Source: an uncultured Candidatus Saccharibacteria bacterium
Lineage (GTDB): Bacteria > Patescibacteriota > Minisyncoccia > Phycocordibacterales > UBA9973
Length of the DNA: 64,000 nt
Direction of reading: 5' to 3'
Assembly: GCA_964469225.1 (NCBI GenBank)
Contig: CAYXYC010000001.1
Coordinates: 27,556-91,555 of the forward strand
The first letter of the stretch is position 1; each line of letters opens with the position of its first letter. The position numbers and the translations under genes are program-made. Shown piece by piece: positions 28,614-38,493 of the stretch. Below the pieces are notes generated by a model, which saw only the letters and a list, made by a program, of their open reading frames with translations, made no database searches and was not told the origin of the DNA.

Positions 28614-29801
28614 ATGAATGATATGACAGAAGATATTCTTATCCGAGGAGTTGCAAATATATACCCATCCCGCGATTTTGTCGAGGCGCGTATTCGCCGA
28701 GGGGAGAAATTAACCATATATCTCGGTATTGACCCAACTGGCCCAACGCTTCATTTGGGTAATGCTATACCAATCAAAAAATTAGCTGATTTTCAAAAGG
28801 CCGGACATAAGGTGATTCTTTTGCTCGGTGACTTTACTGCAATGATTGGTGACCCAACCGATAAATCTTCAGCTCGTGTTCAATTAACACACAAGCAAGT
28901 CATGGCCAACCTCAAAAACTACAAAAAACAGGCATCAAAACTTCTTTCATTCTCTGGTAAAAATAAAGCCGAAATTAAGTTTAATTCAAAGTGGCTTGGC
29001 AAAATGAAGTTTGCTGATGTGCTCGCTCTCGCTTCAGAAATGACTGTTCAGCAAATGCTTGAGAGAGATATGTTTGAGCGCCGAATAGAAGAAGGTAAAC
29101 CAATTTTTATTCACGAATTTATGTATCCACTAATGCAAGGATATGATTCTGTTGCTATGAATGTTGACGGAGAGGTTGGAGGTAATGATCAAACATTTAA
29201 TATGCTCTGCGGACGAACACTTCTTAAAACAATGAAGAATAAGGAAAAGTTTGTTTTAACACTTAAACTTCTTGAAGATAATAATGGTAAAAAGATGGGT
29301 AAGACTGAGGGGAACATGGTCTCACTCTCTGATACACCAGAAGAAATGTATGGCAAGGTTATGAGTTGGGCTGATGGATTAATTGTTCCTGGTTTTGAGT
29401 TGTGTACAAATATTTCGCTTTCTTTATTAAAAGAAATTTCCGAATCCCTAGAAAAGGGCACTGCAAATCCTCGTGATTTAAAAATGAAACTCGCTCGAGC
29501 GCTTGTGTCGCTTTATCACAACGAAGAACATGCAATTCGCGCCGAAGAATCTTTTATTGCGACATTTCAGAAGCACGAAATACCAGAAGATATGCCGGAG
29601 GTTAAGATTACCGAAGGGGAGCTTCTTGTTGATGTGTGTCTAAAAGAAAAGATTGTTTCATCAAAAAGTGACTTTGGTCGTTTAATAGATGGTGGGGCAA
29701 TTACAAATCTTCGCACCGGTGAGAAAATTACAGATATTCGGGCCAAAGCAATAAAAGGAGAATACAAAATTGGTAAAACAAGGTTTATCCGGATAATTTA
29801 A
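28614..29801 (+). CDS. tyrS: Tyrosine--tRNA ligase
   Basis: GIDPTGPTLHLGN, YPLMQGYD, GGNDQ, KMGKT, C-terminal S4-like domain. Confidence 0.96.
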   Translation: MNDMTEDILIRGVANIYPSRDFVEARIRRGEKLTIYLGIDPTGPTLHLGNAIPIKKLADFQKAGHKVILLLGDFTAMIGDPTDKSSARVQLTHKQVMANLKNYKKQASKLLSFSGKNKAEIKFNSKWLGKMKFADVLALASEMTVQQMLERDMFERRIEEGKPIFIHEFMYPLMQGYDSVAMNVDGEVGGNDQTFNMLCGRTLLKTMKNKEKFVLTLKLLEDNNGKKMGKTEGNMVSLSDTPEEMYGKVMSWADGLIVPGFELCTNISLSLLKEISESLEKGTANPRDLKMKLARALVSLYHNEEHAIRAEESFIATFQKHEIPEDMPEVKITEGELLVDVCLKEKIVSSKSDFGRLIDGGAITNLRTGEKITDIRAKAIKGEYKIGKTRFIRII

Positions 29802-29844
29802 AAATAAAACACCCTTCGACCACAGTCGAAGGGTGTTTTATTTT
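29801..29844. terminator. Bidirectional terminator
   Basis: aaaataaaacacccttcgac-caca-gtcgaagggtgttttatttt, 20-bp arms. Confidence 0.8.
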
Positions 29845-30025
29845 ATAGATAATCAGTAGCGCTTCCGTCGAGACCAGCGAATTCTTCACTCATATCTTCG
29901 TCTTCTCCAGACAAGATATCATCGTCTTCCTCAACAACAGCATCTTCGATGGCGTCATCAAGGTCAACTTCTTCGCTCGCATCTAATTCGTCTTCTTTAA
30001 GAACTTCTTCTTCGTCGTAACTCAT
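29843..30025 (-). CDS. Very acidic 60-aa protein
   Basis: ATG start, roughly 40% Asp/Glu, own terminator. Confidence 0.6.
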   Translation of the reverse strand: MSYDEEEVLKEDELDASEEVDLDDAIEDAVVEEDDDILSGEDEDMSEEFAGLDGSATDYL

Positions 30026-30128
30026 ATATTCTCTAAAACTATGAATATTAAATAATTATAATGAATTATTTGTATCAAAAACTGATTTTCTTTGCAATAT
30101 CAAAAAAATACTTGTAAACAAAGGGTTT

Positions 30129-30620
30129 TTATAGTTTTTCACAGGCGATACAAGTAATTCCAATCGCAATTGCATCAAGCTCGTCGTCAGAGTTAATTTT
30201 TTTTTCAATATGTATAAGTCGTGGAACCATATCCATAACCATCTTTTTGTCCGCTTTTCCGTAACCAGTAACCGCAACTTTAATTTGTGGAGGAGTGTAT
30301 TCAAAAATAGACAATCCATTTCGCGAGGCGCTATAAATAATAACCCCGCGTGCCTCAGATACTCCCATACCTGTTTTCTGGTTGTTTGTTAAATATAGTT
30401 TTTCAATCGAGAGTATTTTTGGTGAATATTCGGAGATTGTGTTTTCAATTTTTTCACCAATCAATCTTAGTCGTTCAGGAAAGGGAAGTTTTGAGTTTGT
30501 TTTAAAACACTCGGAATACATAAGTCTTTCCTTTTGACCCTTTTGTTTTTCAAGAACAGCAATTCCAAGGCGCTCAAATCCAGGATCAATGGCGAGAATT
30601 ATGGGACTATTTGTTTTCAT
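30129..30620 (-). CDS. ruvC: Holliday junction resolvase RuvC
   Basis: ILAIDPG, EARGV, YTP.QIK.AVTGYG.ADK, DD..DAIA. Confidence 0.94.
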   Translation of the reverse strand: MKTNSPIILAIDPGFERLGIAVLEKQKGQKERLMYSECFKTNSKLPFPERLRLIGEKIENTISEYSPKILSIEKLYLTNNQKTGMGVSEARGVIIYSASRNGLSIFEYTPPQIKVAVTGYGKADKKMVMDMVPRLIHIEKKINSDDELDAIAIGITCIACEKL

Positions 30621-31605
30621 CTATGTGTTCGAAGCCTAAATGCTCATAACCCTTTTTTGTTACTGTACGACCGCGCGTTGTGCGTTCGAGTAGTCCAAGT
30701 TGAATAAGATACGGCTCAATAACTTCTTCAATAGTTGCTTCTTCTTCACTTGTTGCCGCGGAGATTGTTTTCAATCCTACGGGTCCACCATTAAATTTTT
30801 CAATAATTATTTCAAGTACTCGACGGTCAGACGCAGTCAAACCAATTTCATCAACTTCAAGAAGTGCCAAGGCTTTTTTTACTGCATCTTTAGTGAGTGG
30901 TGTTTTGTGAACCTGAGCATAATCACGGCATCGTTTTAGAAAATAATTTGCGGTTCGTGGGGTAAATCGCGCGCGAGAAGCGATTTCATTGAGTGCTTCA
31001 TCGTCGAGTTTTACACCGAGAATCTGCGCTGAACGAGCCACGATTTTTTTGATTTCATCGTGCGTATAAAATTCAAGACGAAATACACCGCCAGAGAATC
31101 GTGAGCGAAGCGGGGAAGAGAGAAGTGCAATGCGTGTGGTTGCAGCGATGAGTGTAAACGGCGGAAGTTCAAGTTGTATAGTGCGAGCAGATGGACCCTT
31201 ACCGATAATAATATCAAGAACACCCGACTCCATTGCCGGATAGAGCACTTCCTCAACCATTTTGTTTAGGCGATGAATCTCGTCAATAAATACAATATCG
31301 CCCGGGGAGAGATTTGTGAGTATTGATGCTAGGTCGCCAACTTTCTCAATAGCAGGACCCGAGGTTATTTTTATTTGTCGGCGTGTTTCGTGGGCAATAA
31401 GATGGGCAAGTGTTGTTTTGCCAAGTCCTGGTGGGCCATAAAAAAGTATATGTTCTGCTGGGTGTGATCGTTCTTCAGCGGCAGTCAGAAGAATTTTGAG
31501 ATTAGCCTTGATATTTTCTTGCCCAATATATTCATCCCAGGCGCTCGGACGGAGTGTCTGGTCTAGAAATCCTGTATCAGATGTATTTGTTTCATTGTTT
31601 TTCAT
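30607..31605 (-). CDS. ruvB: Holliday junction branch-migration helicase RuvB
   Basis: LRP..WDEYIGQ, GPPGLGKTTLA, FIDEIHRL, GGPVGL. Confidence 0.97.
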   Translation of the reverse strand: MKNNETNTSDTGFLDQTLRPSAWDEYIGQENIKANLKILLTAAEERSHPAEHILFYGPPGLGKTTLAHLIAHETRRQIKITSGPAIEKVGDLASILTNLSPGDIVFIDEIHRLNKMVEEVLYPAMESGVLDIIIGKGPSARTIQLELPPFTLIAATTRIALLSSPLRSRFSGGVFRLEFYTHDEIKKIVARSAQILGVKLDDEALNEIASRARFTPRTANYFLKRCRDYAQVHKTPLTKDAVKKALALLEVDEIGLTASDRRVLEIIIEKFNGGPVGLKTISAATSEEEATIEEVIEPYLIQLGLLERTTRGRTVTKKGYEHLGFEHIDENK

Positions 31606-31671
31606 GATATCTATGGGCTTGCCCCGCCTGAATCCCTGACCTGAAGGTGTCAGGCGAGATCCCTTCGGGGG

Positions 31672-31700
31672 TTGACATTGTTGGTGTAGTATGATATACT
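31672..31700 (+). promoter_or_regulatory. Consensus sigma70 promoter
   Basis: TTGACA (31672-77), 17 nt, TATACT (31695-700) with extended TG. Confidence 0.7.
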
Positions 31701-31756
31701 CTCCTCAGAAATTAATTACATCGTAATTATAGCACTTTGATTTTTTGTTCGCATTG

Positions 31757-31910
31757 AGAGAACAGAAATCTCTAAGCAATCGGCCCCGTGCTCTATATCC
31801 GTGCGTAGGACGCTCTGGTTTGTATTTATATTTACTGGGACTATCCTGTAATCGTATATTACTTTGGTCACGCATGTTTCCAAAGGATTGTTTAGAGATT
31901 TCTGTTCTCT
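31757..31910. repeat. 154-bp segment with 25-bp inverted repeats (one mismatch), MITE-like or structured leader
   Basis: agagaacagaaatctctaagcaatc (31757-81) vs gattgtttagagatttctgttctct (31886-910). Confidence 0.7.
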
Positions 31911-31941
31911 TTCTATTTTGTTCCATTTAAATTCATTAATA

Positions 31942-32325
31942 ATGACGAATGTAAAAGAAGCTCTGACAGCACACTTTCCCTTGTTGGGATTAAAAACCCC
32001 TGCCGATCTCATCGGCAAGGTAATGACACTCTCGTTTTTCCAGCTGGAAAATGAGCAATGGTTTAAAAGGGAAGTTTATTTCCTTATACAATCCATGGAT
32101 GTTGGACCACTTGTCCCATGGAAAGACAATAAGTATATTTGTCTTTCTTCCAACTGGATACCGATTGGCTGCGGGCAATGTGTTCGAATTGTTTTTGAGT
32201 CAAACGGATATAGTATCCAACTCAAAGACAAAAGATCACCACTTCCTGTTTCCGCTTGGTTTAACTCCCATGGTTCGGGTTATCCATCGGAGGGCTTAAA
32301 GGAGGGGTCCTTTAAGATTAGTTGA
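31942..32325 (+). CDS. Hypothetical protein (ORFan)
   Basis: ATG at 31942 within ORF 31864..32325; upstream promoter and downstream hairpin at ~32348-32373. Confidence 0.5.
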   Translation: MTNVKEALTAHFPLLGLKTPADLIGKVMTLSFFQLENEQWFKREVYFLIQSMDVGPLVPWKDNKYICLSSNWIPIGCGQCVRIVFESNGYSIQLKDKRSPLPVSAWFNSHGSGYPSEGLKEGSFKIS

Positions 32326-32372
32326 TACCCTTTGTTTTTTTAACTTGCCGCACTGCTAAACAGTGCGGTTTT

Positions 32373-34073
32373 TTATTCTTCATAAAAATCCACCACACTG
32401 CCGACTTCTTCGTATGAGGTGATGCCTTTCAAAATTTTCACAATTCCATCTTCTTTCATGTCGAGATATCCTTGATGTGAAGCAATTTCTTTAATCTCTC
32501 GTTCTGATGGATTGTTTGGAATTATTTTTTCAATTTCAGCTGTTTTTAATATTGCCTCAAAAATACCCAAGCGTCCTTTGTAGCCAGTATTGTTACATTC
32601 TGCACAGCCAACTGGTCCGTATATTTTCGGCTGAGCATTTGTGTCAACGCCATATTTTGTAAAGTCTTTACCGTTTGCAGTTGCCATGTCGGTGATTTTT
32701 TTGATAACGCGTGCTTGCTCATCAGTGAGCGCTATTTCTTTTTTGCAGTGTACGCAGAGTTTTCGTACGAGTCGTTGAGCGATTGAGAGCGACAGCGCTG
32801 ATACGAGAATCTTTGGATTAACTTCAAGGTCAATCAAACGGGGAATTACGCCAGCGGCATTGTTGGTATGAAGTGTTGAGAACACAAGGTGACCAGTGAG
32901 CGCTGATTCAACAGCGATTTTTGCTGTTTCAGAATCACGAATTTCTCCCACCATAATCACATCAGGGTCTTGGCGGAGAGATGAACGCAATCCCTCAAGG
33001 AATGTATAACCCTTTTCACTTTCTGTTTGTGTTTGAGTAATTCCTGGTAAATGATATTCAATCGGGTCTTCAATTGTAATAATTTTAATTTCTGGTGAAT
33101 AAATCTTTTGTAGGAATGAGTAAAGCGTTGTTGTTTTACCGGACCCTGTTGGACCAGTAAGCAATACCATGCCGTTTGGTTTTTTGATTTCACGCATAAA
33201 TACTTCAAACAAGCTTGCTTCAATACCGAGGTCTTCTAGTTTTACGCGAATTGATTTTGGATTGAGAATACGCATAACGATTGATTCGCCATACGCGCCC
33301 GGAATGAGTGACACACGCAAACTGATTTCTTCTTCATCAAGGAAAATACTGAATCGGCCATCTTGGGCGATTGCTGAGGCTGTGATTTTGAGTCCGGCAA
33401 GTAATTTTATTCGTGAATTCAAGAATTTGTGAATCACTGGCGGAATTTCCATAACTTCATGCAAAATACCATCGAGACGGAAACGCAGGCGCACAGTATT
33501 TTCTTCTGGTTCGAAGTGAAGATCTGATGCGTTAATAGCAATTGCGCCAGCAAGAGCGATTTCAAGAATATGTGAGGTTGTGTGTGTCGCGTCTTTTTCA
33601 ACTTGTTCAATCGCGCGCCTAATGTCGTCAATATTTTTTATACCAACCATTATTTCTTTTAGGGCTGTGCCCGAAACCGCAATTGCACCAGCTTTTGATT
33701 CTGACGCGTACGAAATTTCACTGTATCTATCCCATGCTTTTTTCAAACTTATGCTTGATGCCATATAAAAATGAGGGATAAAATTGTGGTCAGTAAAATA
33801 CTTTTTTAATTCTGCGAGGAGGTCGGCGTGTGGCGCGCGTACAGCAACATGAATATCCTTGCCGAGAACTTTGAATGGCGCAATGCCCCACTCAATAGCG
33901 TCTTTTTCGGCGACCGAGCGCAAGGCCTCGTTCTCAATAGGAATACCCGATAGGTTAATAGGAGGAATCCCGTACTTTGCTTCGGCGAGAATTTGTACTA
34001 AATCTTCTTCTTCTTGTATTTTAAAATCTTCAAGGTCTTTTTTCTGTTTTTCGTCATCAAATTGGATAGTCAT
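32373..34073 (-). CDS. pilB: Type IV pilus assembly ATPase PilB/GspE
   Basis: ASDLHFEP, TGPTGSGKTTT, TIEDPIEY, LRQDPDVIMVGEIRD, TGHLVFSTLHTN, CxxC...CxxC, GYKGR. Confidence 0.92.
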   Translation of the reverse strand: MTIQFDDEKQKKDLEDFKIQEEEDLVQILAEAKYGIPPINLSGIPIENEALRSVAEKDAIEWGIAPFKVLGKDIHVAVRAPHADLLAELKKYFTDHNFIPHFYMASSISLKKAWDRYSEISYASESKAGAIAVSGTALKEIMVGIKNIDDIRRAIEQVEKDATHTTSHILEIALAGAIAINASDLHFEPEENTVRLRFRLDGILHEVMEIPPVIHKFLNSRIKLLAGLKITASAIAQDGRFSIFLDEEEISLRVSLIPGAYGESIVMRILNPKSIRVKLEDLGIEASLFEVFMREIKKPNGMVLLTGPTGSGKTTTLYSFLQKIYSPEIKIITIEDPIEYHLPGITQTQTESEKGYTFLEGLRSSLRQDPDVIMVGEIRDSETAKIAVESALTGHLVFSTLHTNNAAGVIPRLIDLEVNPKILVSALSLSIAQRLVRKLCVHCKKEIALTDEQARVIKKITDMATANGKDFTKYGVDTNAQPKIYGPVGCAECNNTGYKGRLGIFEAILKTAEIEKIIPNNPSEREIKEIASHQGYLDMKEDGIVKILKGITSYEEVGSVVDFYEE

Positions 34074-34113
34074 ATAAGGTTCATTATATCCCAGAGGGGG
34101 TACGGGGAGATAC

Positions 34114-34142
34114 TTGACATTTACGCTGAAATATGATAGGAT
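34114..34142 (+). promoter_or_regulatory. Sigma70-type promoter for ORF 34169
   Basis: TTGACA (34114-19), 17 nt, TAGGAT (34137-42) with extended TG. Confidence 0.55.
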
Positions 34143-34168
34143 ACAGCCAAATAAAGAATCTAATAAAG

Positions 34169-35065
34169 ATGAAAAAGTTCATTGTAATATTGCTTTTGTC
34201 GCTTGGAGTGACTGGGCAAACTAACGCAAACAACGCAACTTGGGTTTCGTGGGTAAACAATTCTTCGCACAATGGCACCCCGGGTGAATTTGCAGAGATG
34301 CTAAACTACATCCATTTGCAAAATCCAGGGAGCGCAGTAACGCTTGAATTGACTACTGGAACCAGATGCCGGATAGCATGTCCGCAGTTATGGTTTAACA
34401 ACATGCTTATGTGTTATCAGCGTATTGATCAATCGGTTAATGCTGACAACCTGGCTCTTACTGTTCAATCTGACCCACAGATTTATTGGGATGAGAACAT
34501 TTCTGTTCTCACAAAGAATTACTATTGTGTAAACAATAGTGTATTATTTGCCAATAATTACAGTGGTGCAAAAACCAGAAGATTAACTGGTATGCACAAT
34601 GGTTCACCGGTGTATCTGGCTTCATGTGGTAATCCACAGGAGGCAATTGCACCAGTTGCTCCCCCTCAACAATTTGTTCAACAGCAACAGCAACCAAGTC
34701 AGGTGTTTTATTACCCAAATGGCGGACAGCAGGAGGTGTATGTTGTAAAAACAAGTTCAGCTGATGTAAATATTAACAACAGTGGAAACACTAATGTTAC
34801 ATATCAGCAACCGAAAGATAATACCGGTTGGTATGTTTTAGCTGCTGCTGGTGGTTACTTATTAGGGAGTCTTGCTAATAACAATCACGGTTATCGCCCG
34901 TATTACCAGCAACCATTTTCGTATTATCCTCAGTATCAATGGCCAACCAGGACAATGCCGAATGCGATCGGAGCTTCTGGTCAGACATTTATTGATAATG
35001 GCGGAGGTACATTTTTTGATGGAACACTTTCGGGTTACTCAAGAACAATGCCATCGGGGCTTTAG
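34169..35065 (+). CDS. Secreted hypothetical protein, Gln/Tyr-rich
   Basis: Signal peptide MKKFIVILLLSLG; poly-Q tract; second hydrophobic Gly-rich segment. Confidence 0.65.
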   Translation: MKKFIVILLLSLGVTGQTNANNATWVSWVNNSSHNGTPGEFAEMLNYIHLQNPGSAVTLELTTGTRCRIACPQLWFNNMLMCYQRIDQSVNADNLALTVQSDPQIYWDENISVLTKNYYCVNNSVLFANNYSGAKTRRLTGMHNGSPVYLASCGNPQEAIAPVAPPQQFVQQQQQPSQVFYYPNGGQQEVYVVKTSSADVNINNSGNTNVTYQQPKDNTGWYVLAAAGGYLLGSLANNNHGYRPYYQQPFSYYPQYQWPTRTMPNAIGASGQTFIDNGGGTFFDGTLSGYSRTMPSGL

Positions 35066-35090
35066 TAAGATTTGTTTGTGTTGAGTTAGT

Positions 35091-35143
35091 GTAAGTGGAT
35101 ATGCGCACGCAATATGCGATATGCGCATATCCCTTACTTTTTT
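35091..35143. terminator. Long inverted repeat, probable terminator
   Basis: gtaagtggatatgcgca ... tgcgcatatcccttac followed by a T tract. Confidence 0.6.
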
Positions 35144-35196
35144 AAGCTTTTAACTTCGTTGAAAGTTTAAAATTGTAAGCAATTATTATAATTATT

Positions 35197-36939
35197 ATGA
35201 AAAACAATATGAAAAAAATTATATCTTTCATGGTGCTTGGAGTCGTATTCCTTGCATCAGGGAATATTGCGCAGGCATCATGGAATACTTATCCATCTGA
35301 TTGTCCTCTCGCATTAACAATTGGAAATCGCGACACTCGTGAGGGTGTTCAGAATGGCCCAAATGGCTGTTGGACAAAAACAAGTATTTCAGCTCGCCCA
35401 GGTGAGGTGATTAATGTGGCTGTCTATTATGACAACACAAACGCGAACAATGCAGGAAATACTGTTATTCGTCTTACCCAGTCTCCAAATGGTTCAATGA
35501 CAACAACAAATTCAACCTACTCGTTTTCTGGAACACTTTCATCAAATGCTGGTAGTTTGAATCTTTCACAAGTAACAGCGAATCTTTCAAGTTCTCAGAC
35601 TTTGACTTTTAGTCAGGCAGCATGGTATCGAGCTCCTTTCAGTTCTTCATCTCTAACACAGTCAGCAATCCCAGGTGGACAGACTGGATATGAAGCATTT
35701 AATGGTGGACTTTCTCTCGGTACAATTCCTCGTGGTGAATGGGGAACAGTTCTTTTCTCGTTCGTTGTTGGTACAAACGGTCAGAATAATAACAACTCAT
35801 GCGACACAAACATTAATGCAAGTCGTACTTCAGTAAACACAGGTGAGTCTGTTGTGATTTCATGGGATTCATATAATTGTACATCAGCGTATGTTTCTGG
35901 TCCTGGTCTTTCAACATCATCACAAAATGGTAGTCAGACAGTGTATCCATCAGTTGGTTCAAATACTTACACAATCACTGCATACAACTCAAATGGCTCT
36001 ACTCGCACAGATAGTGTGACAGTATATGTGAATCAAAACCAGCCACCAGTTTATGTAAATTGTGCGGTAACAACACTTGCAACAAATGTTGGTACAACAT
36101 ATGCAACACTAAACGGGCTCGTGAATGCTTACGGTGGAAACTCATACTTTGAATATGGCACGACTGTCGATATGACACTTCGCACACCATCTCGTTCTAT
36201 GGGCGGAAACACAAATTTCAACGAAACTCTCACTGGTCTTTCTCCTTATACAATCTACTACTTCCGACTCGTTTCTGATTGTGGTGGATCAATTTCACGA
36301 GGAGTAACTCAGATTTTCCGAACAGTAGGTAATACTCAGACAGTTATTCAGGGTACAACAGTTGTTGGTACAGCTTCTCCAATTATGCTTAAAATCGAAA
36401 ACCGCTACCAGTTTATTGGTCGAGGGGATGCGATTGAGTATGCTGTAACATATAAAAATATTGGTAAATCAACATTGATTCGTCCAATTCTTCAGGTCAT
36501 TGTTCCAAAGGGTATTGTTCTAACAAACGCAACTCGTGGTTCATATGTTGAAGACACAAACACACTCACTGCTCCACTTGAAAACTTACTCCCAGGAACT
36601 GGCGGTGTGATATATGTTCAGGGTCGTGTTGACTCACTTCCAACTGATACTGCGCAGATTGTTACAACAGCAGTTCTTGTTTACACAAACCCAAATGGTG
36701 CTCAAGAAAACGCAATTGCCTATGTACTTAATAATCCGAAAGATGGAAACAATAGTCTTCTCGGTGCAGCCGCACTGTTCGGCGGACTTGGTTCACTAAG
36801 TCTCGTTGGATGGTTGCTACTTATCATTGCGATAATGGCACTTGTCCTCCTTGCTCGAAAGCTTTCACAAAAAGCTGGTCCCGCAAGAGAAGCACAAGCT
36901 CCAAACACACTTCCGTCACAGTATAATAATCACTTCTAA
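35197..36939 (+). CDS. Cell-surface protein with Ig-like/DUF11-like domains and C-terminal TM anchor
   Basis: Signal peptide; ATLNG.V.....YFEYG, Y.VTYKN.G motifs; C-terminal TM plus basic residues. Confidence 0.75.
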   Translation: MKNNMKKIISFMVLGVVFLASGNIAQASWNTYPSDCPLALTIGNRDTREGVQNGPNGCWTKTSISARPGEVINVAVYYDNTNANNAGNTVIRLTQSPNGSMTTTNSTYSFSGTLSSNAGSLNLSQVTANLSSSQTLTFSQAAWYRAPFSSSSLTQSAIPGGQTGYEAFNGGLSLGTIPRGEWGTVLFSFVVGTNGQNNNNSCDTNINASRTSVNTGESVVISWDSYNCTSAYVSGPGLSTSSQNGSQTVYPSVGSNTYTITAYNSNGSTRTDSVTVYVNQNQPPVYVNCAVTTLATNVGTTYATLNGLVNAYGGNSYFEYGTTVDMTLRTPSRSMGGNTNFNETLTGLSPYTIYYFRLVSDCGGSISRGVTQIFRTVGNTQTVIQGTTVVGTASPIMLKIENRYQFIGRGDAIEYAVTYKNIGKSTLIRPILQVIVPKGIVLTNATRGSYVEDTNTLTAPLENLLPGTGGVIYVQGRVDSLPTDTAQIVTTAVLVYTNPNGAQENAIAYVLNNPKDGNNSLLGAAALFGGLGSLSLVGWLLLIIAIMALVLLARKLSQKAGPAREAQAPNTLPSQYNNHF

Positions 36940-36948
36940 AAGAGGTGT

Positions 36949-36990
36949 GCACAAAAAATCCCCCGACAACAGTCGAGGGATTTTTTGTGC
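36949..36990. terminator. Intrinsic terminator
   Basis: gcacaaaaaatccc-ccgac-aaca-gtcga-gggattttttgtgc. Confidence 0.75.
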
Positions 36991-37003
36991 TAGGATACAC
37001 AAT

Positions 37004-37444
37004 ATGAAACGAATAATTTCAAAAAAAGAAATACCAAACATTGCTCACGAGATTTTGGACGGTTTTGCAAAACGAAAACATGCCAGTGCTTGCGTTTGCG
37101 CGCTGTCAGGCGATCTTGGTGCGGGGAAGACAACGCTTACCCAAGAAATCGCCCGAACACTTGGCGTTGTAGAACATGTCAGTTCGCCAACATTCGTCAT
37201 AATGAAACTCTATCCACTTACAGAAAATAAATACGGCTTCAAAAAACTTATTCATATTGATGCTTATCGCCTTAGTGGAAGTAAGGAATTATTTAATCTC
37301 GGTTGGGAGGGTATTGTTTCTAATCCTGACAACTTGATTTTGGTTGAGTGGCCAGAATATGTGCCAGAGTGTGTTCCAGATACTGCACATATGGTTCGTA
37401 TTGTTCATAAAGACGAAGATACCCGCGAAATTTCTATTGATTGA
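37004..37444 (+). CDS. tsaE: tRNA threonylcarbamoyladenosine biosynthesis ATPase TsaE
   Basis: L.GDLGAGKTT, V.SPTF, HIDAYRL, VEW; ATG at 37004. Confidence 0.94.
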   Translation: MKRIISKKEIPNIAHEILDGFAKRKHASACVCALSGDLGAGKTTLTQEIARTLGVVEHVSSPTFVIMKLYPLTENKYGFKKLIHIDAYRLSGSKELFNLGWEGIVSNPDNLILVEWPEYVPECVPDTAHMVRIVHKDEDTREISID

Positions 37445-37494
37445 CCTGTATTCTGTGTGTGATAGGATATATCTAAATTCGATATTTAACATAC

Positions 37495-38430
37495 ATGAGA
37501 CTCATTCGTATTCTTTTGTTTCCGCCTAAAATTTTGCGGATACCAGAACCGGTTTCTTTGATTCCAGTTTTCATTCTCGCGTTTTTAACGCTACTCATCC
37601 CTTATCTTATTTTTCATCACACAATATATACAACACAATATATATTCTTGGTGATTATTCTGCCTGTGGTGATTTTTCGTTTAATTAACGAAGATCATGA
37701 CTCTGCTGTTGATTGGATAATGACAGGATTAATTTTTCTGATTTCTGCTCCAGTTCTGATTTGCATCGGATTTATTGCTCTCGTTACTATGTTTTTTGTT
37801 TCGCGAAAGACAGGGTATTTTGTTATGTGGGCAGTTTCCATTATTTCACTCTTTATGTTTGGTGTAAAAATTCGATATGAAGGGGAGAGGCCAAAAGATT
37901 CACCAATTATTGTTGTGATGAATCACAGTTCGTTTCTCGACTACTTTTTATTACCAGCTGTCATGGGATACAAAAAACCATGGACAATGGTTTATGGAGT
38001 AAATTTGCACAAGTATCCAATACTGCGATTCTTCCTCAAAAAGTACGGGCTCGGTGTTGATCGAAAGGACATGAACTCAAAGATTGGCACAAGCAAAGCA
38101 ATGAAAGAGGTTTTGTTGGAAGGATTGTCACTAGCGGTTTTTCCAGAAGGAACCCGTATGAGGTCTCATCAGTTTACTGACACATTGTTACCATTTAAAA
38201 ATGGATCATTTGTTTCAGCTGTTGATACACAAACACCAATTATTCCGGTGATTCTATCTTTCCCAATTTTGTATTCACGACCAGACTGCCCCTTACCACT
38301 TTCTCCGCGGGAAATTACCATCTCGTATTTACCTTCTTTTGATGGCGAAGGGAAAACACTCAATCATCTTAAAAATGAAGTGCACGGGTTCATGAAAAGG
38401 AAATTAGACAGCAAAAAACAGATTTTGTAG
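37495..38430 (+). CDS. plsC: Lysophospholipid / 1-acyl-G3P acyltransferase (PlsC family) with N-terminal TM helices
   Basis: NHSSFLD (HxxxxD), VDR, FPEGTR, PFKNG, PIIPV. Confidence 0.8.
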   Translation: MRLIRILLFPPKILRIPEPVSLIPVFILAFLTLLIPYLIFHHTIYTTQYIFLVIILPVVIFRLINEDHDSAVDWIMTGLIFLISAPVLICIGFIALVTMFFVSRKTGYFVMWAVSIISLFMFGVKIRYEGERPKDSPIIVVMNHSSFLDYFLLPAVMGYKKPWTMVYGVNLHKYPILRFFLKKYGLGVDRKDMNSKIGTSKAMKEVLLEGLSLAVFPEGTRMRSHQFTDTLLPFKNGSFVSAVDTQTPIIPVILSFPILYSRPDCPLPLSPREITISYLPSFDGEGKTLNHLKNEVHGFMKRKLDSKKQIL

Positions 38431-38493
38431 AACAAAAAAGCCCTTTGATATTCAAGGGGCTTTTTTAGAGGGTGGATGATATACTTGTAATAT

